From a virus: 64,000 nucleotides of DNA. A model generated the notes under the pieces. That model was not told where the DNA came from, searched no databases, and saw only the letters and a program-made list of their open reading frames with translations. This document shows, piece by piece, positions 56,068 to 64,000 of the stretch; the first letter of the stretch is position 1, and the number at the start of each line of letters is the position of its first letter. The position numbers and the translations under genes were made by a program. The stretch lies in IMG/VR virus record IMGVR_UViG_3300027782_000044, positions 52,501 through 116,500 of that record, one strand, 5' to 3'.

Positions 56068-57854
56068 ACTATTTCCATTCCACTTAGTGCATCAGAAAGA
56101 TCTCTTGGCATTGGAGAAGGTGCTCTAATTAGATTAGGGCTATCTACGACTAAAGATTCTCTATATTGTTTTTTGACAGATGAATAATCGTGCACCTCTA
56201 TATCTCCGAATGCCGCTCTAGTCAAACTAATTGCATTATAAATAGATCCACAAACTGCGTCAGCTAAGTCCTTTGAACCTTTTCTAGGGTGGTCAACCTT
56301 ATCACGCATAATTCTTAGCTCTAGCAGTTCATCTACAAGAAGTGGTATGTGTGGTCCGTTTAATCTTTCTTCTAATACAACCATCGCCATATCGTCGTAA
56401 TGCTTTTTAGCTACAGATAAAGTTTCCGTATTAATGCCGTATTGCTTTAGCTGCTGCATCATATCGTGAGAGTTCCATCGGTCAAAGGTGCATATTCTAA
56501 TGTTAAACCCTCTTGACCTTAAAGACAAAATGTAATCTCTTACTTCACCAAAGTCTACTGACTTATCTGAAGTCGGCGTCCAATACATTACTGCATCTAC
56601 TTTAACTATTGGTGCTGGCTGAGAATAGGTATCAGTAACCTTTACGCTAACAAACTTTTCAATATGGGCCATAGACACAGCACAGTGGTCATGCTTTTGG
56701 GCTAAGTCAACATGGATAAAGTATTCTTTATCTTCTTCTGGCTGAAACCACTCTTCAAATCTTCCAAACCCATCTACGGCTATTGAGAGATCATTAAATG
56801 CCATCTCAATTTTTTCACGAGATTTAAAGAAGGCATCAATTGCTTCTGGTGGCATGCAAGCAAATCTTCCTAGTGCATCTGTTACGTCTCTATAGAATGC
56901 AATTTTAAAATCCTCAATGCTTCTTGTGGGGTTAACTTCCCAGGTTGGTCTGCGGATAGCATAAACTCTAGGATACTTGTAGGAAATGATTTGATCCTCA
57001 TCCCAGAAAATTTCAAATTCATTTCCAACGGTATGGTCTGGTAGTTCTGGATCTAGCTTAAACTTATGTGACCTAGATATAATTTCTTTTTCAGATATAA
57101 TATCTTCATATCTTTGCTGGATATAATCATTCTTAAATCTTGGAAAGGATAGAAGGATTACTTTGCCGTAATCTGGGAAACGAGAATCTACAGAAGCCCT
57201 GTACATATCATAGATGCCGCTTGCTGTTTTTGCTTGATCGTGACCGCTTGTGCTGTCTAAAGCAAAGCCAGAGATTTCATCTAGCACCGCAACAAGAACG
57301 TTGTATCCTTCAAATGCTTCTCTTTCTGAGTGACCAGAGTACACAGTTACGTTCTTATCAAATTTAATTTCTGAAGCTTTTTCAAAGTACTTGCCAGCAA
57401 ACCAAGGGGAGTGTGTGACTCTATTTTTAAAGCCCTTAAAGAAAACGTTGTTTGCTTGCTGAGCATTAATAGCAATGTTAATTATATCGATTGAGTCTCC
57501 AGGAGGCTTACCATAATAAGATGCTGGGTCCTTAAGGCATAATAGTAAATATACTATATAGGCTACAGATATGGTAGAGCAATAATCTTTACCGCTGCCC
57601 TTACCTAATTGTGCAACAACTTCATTGGCTGTCTGCTTATATCTTACAGATCCTTCTAATTCACCAAATAGTTTAATTAAAGTTGATTCTTTATATATCT
57701 GAGATGATTTTTCTATAAGAGTATACTGATGATCAGATAAGCTTGGTAATCCTAAGTAATTCTTATCTGTTACAAAAGTTTTAAGATCTACTGGTCTTTC
57801 ATCAAACTCTTCGCCATCTAAGATATCAATGAGGTCATTAAAATCAAACTCCAC
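56064..57854 (-). CDS. terL: Terminase large subunit
   Basis: Walker A GKGSGKD, Walker B VAVLDE, LLSFPR, and nuclease HVDLA..D / KDLADA. Confidence 0.9.
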   Translation of the reverse strand: MEFDFNDLIDILDGEEFDERPVDLKTFVTDKNYLGLPSLSDHQYTLIEKSSQIYKESTLIKLFGELEGSVRYKQTANEVVAQLGKGSGKDYCSTISVAYIVYLLLCLKDPASYYGKPPGDSIDIINIAINAQQANNVFFKGFKNRVTHSPWFAGKYFEKASEIKFDKNVTVYSGHSEREAFEGYNVLVAVLDEISGFALDSTSGHDQAKTASGIYDMYRASVDSRFPDYGKVILLSFPRFKNDYIQQRYEDIISEKEIISRSHKFKLDPELPDHTVGNEFEIFWDEDQIISYKYPRVYAIRRPTWEVNPTRSIEDFKIAFYRDVTDALGRFACMPPEAIDAFFKSREKIEMAFNDLSIAVDGFGRFEEWFQPEEDKEYFIHVDLAQKHDHCAVSMAHIEKFVSVKVTDTYSQPAPIVKVDAVMYWTPTSDKSVDFGEVRDYILSLRSRGFNIRICTFDRWNSHDMMQQLKQYGINTETLSVAKKHYDDMAMVVLEERLNGPHIPLLVDELLELRIMRDKVDHPRKGSKDLADAVCGSIYNAISLTRAAFGDIEVHDYSSVKKQYRESLVVDSPNLIRAPSPMPRDLSDALSGMEIV

Positions 57855-58380
57855 TGACTTCCTCGATAATCTCTATGGGCTCAACAATTCCAGTAATTTG
57901 AGACAAACGTTTAGCAACTTCCATCTTACACTTGGGGCATGATGCTGTTACTTCTTTTAATATTCTTACTAATACTTCTTGTTTTCTTTCTGACTCTGCA
58001 ATCTGTCCCGCAAGTTCTGCGTTATCAAGCAGTCCAACTTCTTGAAGCATTCCAATTCTTTTTCCTTCAATGTCAGCAATTAGCTTTAGCGCTCCAGATT
58101 TAACACTGAGCTGTCCAGCCTGATCTGCATCTTCAACTGTCTTCCAAGCTTCTTTAATAAGCATTGCATAGTGTTGGTCTGCGCCAGAGATAGCCTCCTT
58201 AGCACGTTCACGAGCTGATGTGTCGTTATGTACGACGTTCTTCCACTCATCTATCAACCCAATAACATCTGCCCTCTTAAGGCCTGTTAGGGTAGCAATC
58301 TGGGTGGGGTTGTTTCCTCTAAGTAGCTCTTCAACTACTTTGTTCATGCGATCAAAATGATCAGCTAATTCAATTTCCAT
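57844..58380 (-). CDS. Probable terminase small subunit (HTH plus helical domain)
   Basis: N-terminal HTH (PTQIATLTGL); immediately upstream of terL. Confidence 0.6.
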   Translation of the reverse strand: MEIELADHFDRMNKVVEELLRGNNPTQIATLTGLKRADVIGLIDEWKNVVHNDTSARERAKEAISGADQHYAMLIKEAWKTVEDADQAGQLSVKSGALKLIADIEGKRIGMLQEVGLLDNAELAGQIAESERKQEVLVRILKEVTASCPKCKMEVAKRLSQITGIVEPIEIIEEVSGV

Positions 58381-58397
58381 ATGACTTTATTATACTT

Positions 58398-58739
58398 CTA
58401 GTCGACTGAAATAGCAAATTCCTTAGCAACCTTTAATAATATAAGGTACCCAATAAGGTCGTCGATATCATTATCTCCTGGATATTCTTCACCCTTAATT
58501 AATCTATTTAGTTTATCATCAATTCTAACGTATAGCTGCTCTTTTGGCCCCGCCTTTGAAAATATACGAACTGGGTCCAATGCGGAGTTCCCATAGGAAA
58601 TATTCTTTTTAATAAGCATGTGAGCAATTTCAAGGCAAGTATTTAAAATTTCATGTCCTGCTTCAGTGCCAACTGTAAGCATATAAAGATCATCATACCT
58701 AAACTCTTTTGAATCTTCAAAAACTGGGGTTAGCTTCAT
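58398..58739 (-). CDS. Nucleotide-modification-associated domain 1 (DUF1599-like) protein
   Basis: KKNISYGNS..VRIDDKLNRL..DLIGYLIL. Confidence 0.75.
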   Translation of the reverse strand: MKLTPVFEDSKEFRYDDLYMLTVGTEAGHEILNTCLEIAHMLIKKNISYGNSALDPVRIFSKAGPKEQLYVRIDDKLNRLIKGEEYPGDNDIDDLIGYLILLKVAKEFAISVD

Positions 58740-58876
58740 TTAATTAAACCTTTTTCTTTTAGAGCTCTATATATGGTCATAACTGTTACGCCACATTCGC
58801 TAGCAATTTCTTCCATACTTTTTCTCTGTATAACATATCTTCTATGCAACCAGTCTTTATTCTTGTACAATTTCAC
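58736..58876 (-). CDS. Small HTH protein (46 aa)
   Basis: Not in the ORF track. GTG start; KLYKNKDWLHRRYVIQRKSMEEIASECGVTVMTIYRAL. Confidence 0.65.
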   Translation of the reverse strand: MKLYKNKDWLHRRYVIQRKSMEEIASECGVTVMTIYRALKEKGLIK

Positions 58877-59439
58877 CTCTTTGTCAACACTTCATTTGCG
58901 TAATGGGCAATACCAAAACTATCTGCCACATCAAAATCAACTACACTTAATCCATACTTCTTATTAAAGTAATCAGCAGTTCTTTGCTTTCTCATATTAC
59001 GTAACTTATTCTTATACCATGAATCAGCATATCCTGGATTCAATAATCTTATTGCTTCCTTCTCATCTTTTGTTGGATTCTTATTTCCAATATGAGCCTG
59101 CCAAGCACTAGGGGATATAGTAATAACGGAAGCGCCAGTAGACATAAGTTCAGCAATAACAACACCATACACATAAGACAATTTTATCACAGCATCAGGT
59201 GATCTGACAAGTATTGCTCCTTCAACTGCTATATAATCTGATTTTAGTTCATCCAGCATTAGTGCAGTCTTTACTTTGGCATCATAGATTTTTTCATATA
59301 TATCATTTCCAACTATATTGATCTTGCCCCATTTTACTGGCCTGTTATCTTCAATTAAGCAGAATGCAACAGATGAAGTAGATGCATCAATTCCAAGCAC
59401 CCTACTTGCTTTTGTTTTAGCTAATTTGGCCAGAGTCAT
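58873..59439 (-). CDS. ruvC: RuvC-like Holliday junction resolvase
   Basis: VLGIDAS, IAVE and DVADSFGIA. Confidence 0.8.
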   Translation of the reverse strand: MTLAKLAKTKASRVLGIDASTSSVAFCLIEDNRPVKWGKINIVGNDIYEKIYDAKVKTALMLDELKSDYIAVEGAILVRSPDAVIKLSYVYGVVIAELMSTGASVITISPSAWQAHIGNKNPTKDEKEAIRLLNPGYADSWYKNKLRNMRKQRTADYFNKKYGLSVVDFDVADSFGIAHYANEVLTKR

Positions 59440-59710
59440 TTAGCATCCTCAAAACTTTTTCTTTATCTGAAGTAGAGATACTCTTATCACACTTTGCACA
59501 AACTGTTGAGGTATTATATCTACTTAGACTAGAGTTGCACTTCTTACAGTGTCTTTTTTGTCCAGATCGAATAGCTTTTTTTTCATAATACTTTTCCATG
59601 ATTTTTTTATTTGTAGCCACTCTGCAGCATTCGTCAGAGCAATACTTTTGATTATGAGTTTTTGGAGTAAACTCTTTATCATTTAAACAATCTGAATTAG
59701 CGCATATCAC
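59417..59710 (-). CDS. Cys-rich zinc-finger protein
   Basis: C..C, QKYCSDEC, CKKC and CAKC. Confidence 0.7.
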   Translation of the reverse strand: MICANSDCLNDKEFTPKTHNQKYCSDECCRVATNKKIMEKYYEKKAIRSGQKRHCKKCNSSLSRYNTSTVCAKCDKSISTSDKEKVLRMLNDSGQIS

Positions 59711-60498
59711 AGCGTAGGTACCTTAAATCTTTCTATTTGTACTGTGCCAGTAGGGGTATCTTTTGAATAGCATTGCTTTTTAATTGGGCAATAGGTGCAC
59801 GGCATCTTTGTTTTTGTAGCACCTTCAGGCTTCATTGGTAAATCGCCATCCTTAAAATTGTCCCAAACCTCACGCATCCAAAGGAAAGCATCCTCAATTA
59901 TTTGCTTATTCTTTTCATTCATAACTACTGGGATAATCAGTACCTCTTGTGTATTTTTATTCTCATAAAGGAAGAAGCCTTCTTTTGCATCTTTGAGTTT
60001 CATGTATGTCAAAAGCTGTAGCATATGATTTGCAGATGGGCTCATCTCCGCCTGCCTTGCATCCCAAACCTCTTGCTTAGCAGTTTTAATTTCTCCGATT
60101 ACTGTTTCACCATCATACTCCATAATTAAGTCAATAAAGCCACGGATAGGAGGATATTCATTAATGATCTCTTCTTCTTCCGCTTTCCATTGAGGCATTG
60201 TTTTAATTAAGTTTTGAAGTCTTTCATGAGCCTGAGTTCCCTGGGCCATGTTGGCAACAGCAACTGCATCGTTATTATCAATGAACATTGCTCCAGAAAA
60301 TGCCATGTACCAGTACCTAGGACATGTTCCATGCCCATAACCAAGGGAGCTCGGACTAAATGATTTCTTAGTCATGTCTCCATCAGCTCTTTTAGTATTC
60401 TTATAAGACTCATCAAGCATCTCAGCAAATAATTCTGGGTCAAAGAACTTACCAGTATGTTTTTTAAACTTTAGATTTTTTACTATATTTCTGCCCAT
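59707..60498 (-). CDS. Cas4-like PD-(D/E)xK exonuclease
   Basis: SPSSL..CPR, GTQAHE, D..EIKT, QLLTY and CTYCP..C. Confidence 0.85.
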   Translation of the reverse strand: MGRNIVKNLKFKKHTGKFFDPELFAEMLDESYKNTKRADGDMTKKSFSPSSLGYGHGTCPRYWYMAFSGAMFIDNNDAVAVANMAQGTQAHERLQNLIKTMPQWKAEEEEIINEYPPIRGFIDLIMEYDGETVIGEIKTAKQEVWDARQAEMSPSANHMLQLLTYMKLKDAKEGFFLYENKNTQEVLIIPVVMNEKNKQIIEDAFLWMREVWDNFKDGDLPMKPEGATKTKMPCTYCPIKKQCYSKDTPTGTVQIERFKVPTL

Positions 60499-60836
60499 TA
60501 TAAATTATACCTAACGACATACTTAAGTGCATCTACAAGTTTGTCTATGGACTCCTTTGCTGAGTAATATATATTTTTCTTGTTATTGTTTGCTGTTCCA
60601 GCTTTATCTTTTGCTATTGTTGAATAGTAGGATGCCATCATAGCAAACTTAGTGGACATCGCCTGAAGCTCTATAATAAGCTGAGGCGCTTTGGCAGCAG
60701 GTACATCTGGGTTCAACAACAATTTAACTATAACAGCCAATGCTCTATCTAATTGAGCATCGTTCATATATTCATGAAGGTCGTTAAACTCAGTAATAGA
60801 GTTAATCAACTCTAGTGTATTTTTATCCTCTGTCAT
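60498..60836 (-). CDS. Hypothetical protein (recombination cluster)
   Basis: Helical ORF ending LVDALKY. Confidence 0.65.
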   Translation of the reverse strand: MTEDKNTLELINSITEFNDLHEYMNDAQLDRALAVIVKLLLNPDVPAAKAPQLIIELQAMSTKFAMMASYYSTIAKDKAGTANNNKKNIYYSAKESIDKLVDALKYVVRYNL

Positions 60837-60926
60837 TTTTAATCTTCTTGTCCCATCTATCCATCAGAAGACCGACTCCGTACCCAAGTACGAAGCCGAT
60901 CATTATTCCATAGGTAAATAATACCA

Positions 60927-61319
60927 TTAAAAAGGAACCTCTGCATAAGTTTTATATGATGGGAACTGATCATTGTTAGGCGCCTTATCCTTAGATAAAG
61001 TATATGCGGTTACAGAAATTGAATCAGCATTAATCTCATAAGAGGCTCGCTTAACTCCATCTTTATCTGTCCAGTTTTCTTCATATATCTTTCCTACAAT
61101 AATAACTTCCATGCCCTTTTTAATTACAGACTTTGATTGCTCTGCAAGTGTACGCCAAGCTTTGACTGTCCACCAAGATGTGTTCTTATCTTCCCACTCT
61201 CCAGTAGTATCATTCTTAACACGATCATTAGTTGCTACCCTAAAACGAAGACCATTTGATCCTACAGTTTCTGGTTCACTACCAACTCTTCCTACAATTG
61301 TAATAATTGGATTAGCCAT
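60927..61319 (-). CDS. ssb: Single-stranded DNA-binding protein
   Basis: OB fold (TSWWTVKAWRTLAE, KGMEVIIVG); C-terminal EVPF. Confidence 0.9.
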   Translation of the reverse strand: MANPIITIVGRVGSEPETVGSNGLRFRVATNDRVKNDTTGEWEDKNTSWWTVKAWRTLAEQSKSVIKKGMEVIIVGKIYEENWTDKDGVKRASYEINADSISVTAYTLSKDKAPNNDQFPSYKTYAEVPF

Positions 61320-61620
61320 TTTTATTTTCCTCCCAAAATGTGATAAGTTCTTCTAGAACTGACCACTCTATGATTCCAAGACGGACCTTGGAATCCCCAC
61401 CGATAATAATTTTAAGGGCTGGATGCATATCCCTGCTAACCTTAAAAGTATCTGTACAGATTTTAGCCCATACATCTTTATTCAAATTAAATGAGGCTTT
61501 AGATTCTTTGTAGTCTACTACGAAGTTTCTCCATTTAGCATCACCCTTTTGATATTCGCCACGGCCACTATTTTTTTGTGCCTTAGCGCCATCTCTTTTT
61601 ACTTCTGCTCTTTCCGACAT
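61312..61620 (-). CDS. PD-(D/E)xK endonuclease/resolvase-like protein
   Basis: SE..NSGRG..KGD..VDYK. Confidence 0.65.
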   Translation of the reverse strand: MSERAEVKRDGAKAQKNSGRGEYQKGDAKWRNFVVDYKESKASFNLNKDVWAKICTDTFKVSRDMHPALKIIIGGDSKVRLGIIEWSVLEELITFWEENKNG

Positions 61621-61811
61621 CAGTTTAGTTTGTACCTTGTCTCATGACCATCAGGACACTTCCAATACATCTCTAAAGTTACTTGATTAAAATTATAGAA
61701 TGGAGAAGACAGATCGCATTTACTGCACGGCCTTTCTTGATCTATTTTTTCAACTCGGCTATCCTGTATGTCTTCTGGCTTAGAAGTAAAAAACTCATTA
61801 ATTTTTGGCAT
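61620..61811 (-). CDS. Small zinc-ribbon protein
   Basis: CSKC..CPDGH. Confidence 0.6.
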   Translation of the reverse strand: MPKINEFFTSKPEDIQDSRVEKIDQERPCSKCDLSSPFYNFNQVTLEMYWKCPDGHETRYKLN

Positions 61812-62802
61812 CTATCTCCCTTTTTAGATCTTCAAGCACTTCTTTATTATCACGAAGATACTGAACTGCTTTTGCACGACCCTGAAGCCTTTCTTTATTA
61901 ATAGTATACCAAGCTCCGCCTTTTTCAACAACGCCGCACATTTCCGCAACGTCTAATGTTTCTCCAACATAATCTATACCAAGAGCTTCCCCTTGGTAGT
62001 AAAAGTCGTACTGTCCTGATAGATTTGGGGGGCCGACTTTGTTGTAATCAACAATCCAGTTAACTGGCCTTCCAACCCTTTGTTCAATAATCTTGTCGCC
62101 AACTTTAATGCCAGCCTTGATAGCATTAGCTTCAGCTTCCGAAGACCATAGCTTAATGACCGTGGAAGAGAAGAACTTAACTGCCATGCCACCTGTGGGG
62201 ATGTGACTAGCATGCATAGATCCAAATTGATTTCGTTGCTGTGAGATGAGAACAAGTAGTGTGTTTTTGTTTGCATAGTTTAACATCTTGACTGCGTGGG
62301 TCATATCCTTTGCTTCTGCGCCGATTTGCTTTGTATCTTGCAAATCTTTCATTTCATTTCCATCTTTTTCGAAGTAAATAGCTGGAAGAAGTGCAGATAT
62401 GGAATCAACTACAATTAGATCTACACCCGCCTCCATAAGTTTTGTTGCAACATCAACCATATCGTTAACTGTTTTTGCTGGTGAATAGATTAGCTCCTTA
62501 GAGTTTACTCCTAGCTTTTCAGCCCACTCTGGGTCATAGGAATGCTCTGCGTCGATCCAAGCACATGTCTTGCCTTCTTTTTGCGCTAAGGCAATCATCT
62601 GCAAACAAAACGAAGACTTTCCTGCGGACTTATTTCCCCATACAAGTATCTGTCTACCGTAAGCAAAACCTCCATTTAATGCAAAGTTTAGTCCGATACT
62701 TGGGGTAGGCTGTCTGTCTATCTGAATGTCGACAGCTGATTGAACCCTTGCTCTAGTCTTTGGGTCTAGTTTTGCTAAGATATCGTCTAGTTGCATGTCC
62801 AT
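61798..62802 (-). CDS. recA: RecA/UvsX-like recombinase
   Basis: GNKSAGKS, WIDAEHS, VVDSISAL, TGGMAVKFFSS and KGGAWY. Confidence 0.92.
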   Translation of the reverse strand: MDMQLDDILAKLDPKTRARVQSAVDIQIDRQPTPSIGLNFALNGGFAYGRQILVWGNKSAGKSSFCLQMIALAQKEGKTCAWIDAEHSYDPEWAEKLGVNSKELIYSPAKTVNDMVDVATKLMEAGVDLIVVDSISALLPAIYFEKDGNEMKDLQDTKQIGAEAKDMTHAVKMLNYANKNTLLVLISQQRNQFGSMHASHIPTGGMAVKFFSSTVIKLWSSEAEANAIKAGIKVGDKIIEQRVGRPVNWIVDYNKVGPPNLSGQYDFYYQGEALGIDYVGETLDVAEMCGVVEKGGAWYTINKERLQGRAKAVQYLRDNKEVLEDLKREIDAKN

Positions 62803-62807
62803 AATAA

Positions 62808-63032
62808 TTAATTGTTAGCCAGTTCTTCATCGGACTCTGAAGTTTTAGGCTCTAGCTTAAACTCAAATGACAACGACTCATCATTGTAGGAAACTGAAAG
62901 CTGAGTGTCCTCATTGTTAGAATTAATAAAGTCTTCTGTAGAAATTTCAATTGATCCAATTTTATTTAGGATTGCAACTAACACCCTAGATGCATTCATT
63001 GTCTTAAAAATATCTTCTGTGCTATCTGTCAT
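62808..63032 (-). CDS. Hypothetical protein
   Basis: Coupled to dnaE. Confidence 0.6.
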   Translation of the reverse strand: MTDSTEDIFKTMNASRVLVAILNKIGSIEISTEDFINSNNEDTQLSVSYNDESLSFEFKLEPKTSESDEELANN

Positions 63033-64000
63033 TTTACTTCCTTAACCATAAGTGTTCCATCTTCTAAAGTTTTTAGAACTGGTTCGCATATCATTCCTTC
63101 TCGCATTTTTGCCAACGATAATGGGTACATGCTTGAGAATACAATTGCTCTATTTAGATTCTTATCTTTATCTGACAGAACCAGGTGTGCCATAGTCTTG
63201 CCAGCTTTTGTTTTGTATGGTGTATAGCTTATCACAAACCTTTGATTTTCGTCAATAGGATAAGACTGTGCATACAGGTATTTAACAAAAGCATCTTCAG
63301 AGTCTTTATTAATTAAATCAACCTCTACATATCTAGATATTCTATTGTCACCAACAAGAACAAAATACATTTTGTTTGTTTCTATTTTTGTTTGTTCTAT
63401 ATCAAACAAACCAACCGATCCGCTTTCGTCAACAAGTTCGATTCTTGACCAGCCAGATCCACGCTTTATTGCCTTAGCCATTCCGAACATAACAAATGAT
63501 CCGAGCTCTTCAAATTCATCAATTGGTCTTGCTTGAGCTTTAATTTTTGGATCTAGGTTAGATAGATTAAATGATGGTATACCTAAAAATTCGTAATAAG
63601 ACTCGGCTTCTTTACCGCTTCTAGGGTTATCATCAAAAGCAGCACCGCCAATAGCGTTAAGAGAAGAGATGGCCCTAGAATTAATGCCACTGCCCTTTTG
63701 GGATGCTTTATCAACAAAGTCTTTATAGTTTTCATAGGGTCTCTTTTCAATAATTTTATTTGCAATACTGTCTGAAATAAATTTAATCTCTGCCAATCCA
63801 AATCTAATTGAATCTTTTTGCAACGAGAAGTTTACATCAGATTCATTTACATGGGGAAGCTTTACTTTAATCCCAAGTCTTTTTGCTTCAATCAAATAAC
63901 CTGTTCTGGCGTCTTTGTCGCCTTCGTTTTTGAGGATCGAGAATAAAAATTCCAAAGGATAATAGCACTTAAGCCAAGCGGTATAATAAGAAAGCATAGA
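63029..64000 (-). CDS. dnaE: DNA polymerase III alpha subunit (C-terminal part, 5' partial)
   Basis: YYTAWLKCYYPLEF, LPHVNES, IRFGLAEIK and GAAFD; C-terminal OB fold. Confidence 0.9.
   Translation of the reverse strand, partial: SMLSYYTAWLKCYYPLEFLFSILKNEGDKDARTGYLIEAKRLGIKVKLPHVNESDVNFSLQKDSIRFGLAEIKFISDSIANKIIEKRPYENYKDFVDKASQKGSGINSRAISSLNAIGGAAFDDNPRSGKEAESYYEFLGIPSFNLSNLDPKIKAQARPIDEFEELGSFVMFGMAKAIKRGSGWSRIELVDESGSVGLFDIEQTKIETNKMYFVLVGDNRISRYVEVDLINKDSEDAFVKYLYAQSYPIDENQRFVISYTPYKTKAGKTMAHLVLSDKDKNLNRAIVFSSMYPLSLAKMREGMICEPVLKTLEDGTLMVKEVK

Noticed and set aside
9653-64000. Inteins, introns or stop-codon reassignment in nrdJ, terL, recA or dnaE
   Set aside because: The proteins are of normal length and uninterrupted in the standard code, and no suppressor tRNA was found.

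Overview
The window is part of a large, AT-rich tailed dsDNA phage genome. The host is most likely an actinobacterium of the freshwater acI/Nanopelagicales type, inferred from WhiB, an Lsr2-like protein, AhpC/AhpD, leaderless extended -10 promoters and actinobacterial operator motifs. Layout: (1) 1-9.6 kb, minus-strand tail fibre/virion accessory genes; (2) 9.6-15.8 kb, class II RNR, a lytic transglycosylase, a TylF methyltransferase, a 2OG oxygenase and tRNA-Ile(UAU); (3) about 16.3-28.9 kb, a plus-strand block of very small early-type genes, possibly a long terminal repeat; (4) 29-55.8 kb, minus-strand accessory genes for hydroxylation, glycosylation, sulfation, redox, proteolysis and lysis, plus tRNAs; (5) 56-64 kb, terminase and recombination/replication genes (RuvC, Cas4-like nuclease, SSB, RecA, DnaE). 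The strongest signal is in block 3. It holds 14 promoters of the form TGTCAG-N10-TANNNT, matching the actinobacterial PafBC/RecA-NDp DNA-damage promoter. These are interleaved with about 13 CRP/GlxR palindromes, paired DnaA boxes, WhiA-like GACAC motifs, a phased GGG..TTACG-N16/17-CCWGG element and a repeated small pseudoknot RNA. Other notable items are three unannotated MCxxCGC peptides downstream of a radical SAM gene, a mini-Lsr2 and a possible minimal PAPS synthase. All calls come from reading motifs by eye; no database searches were run.
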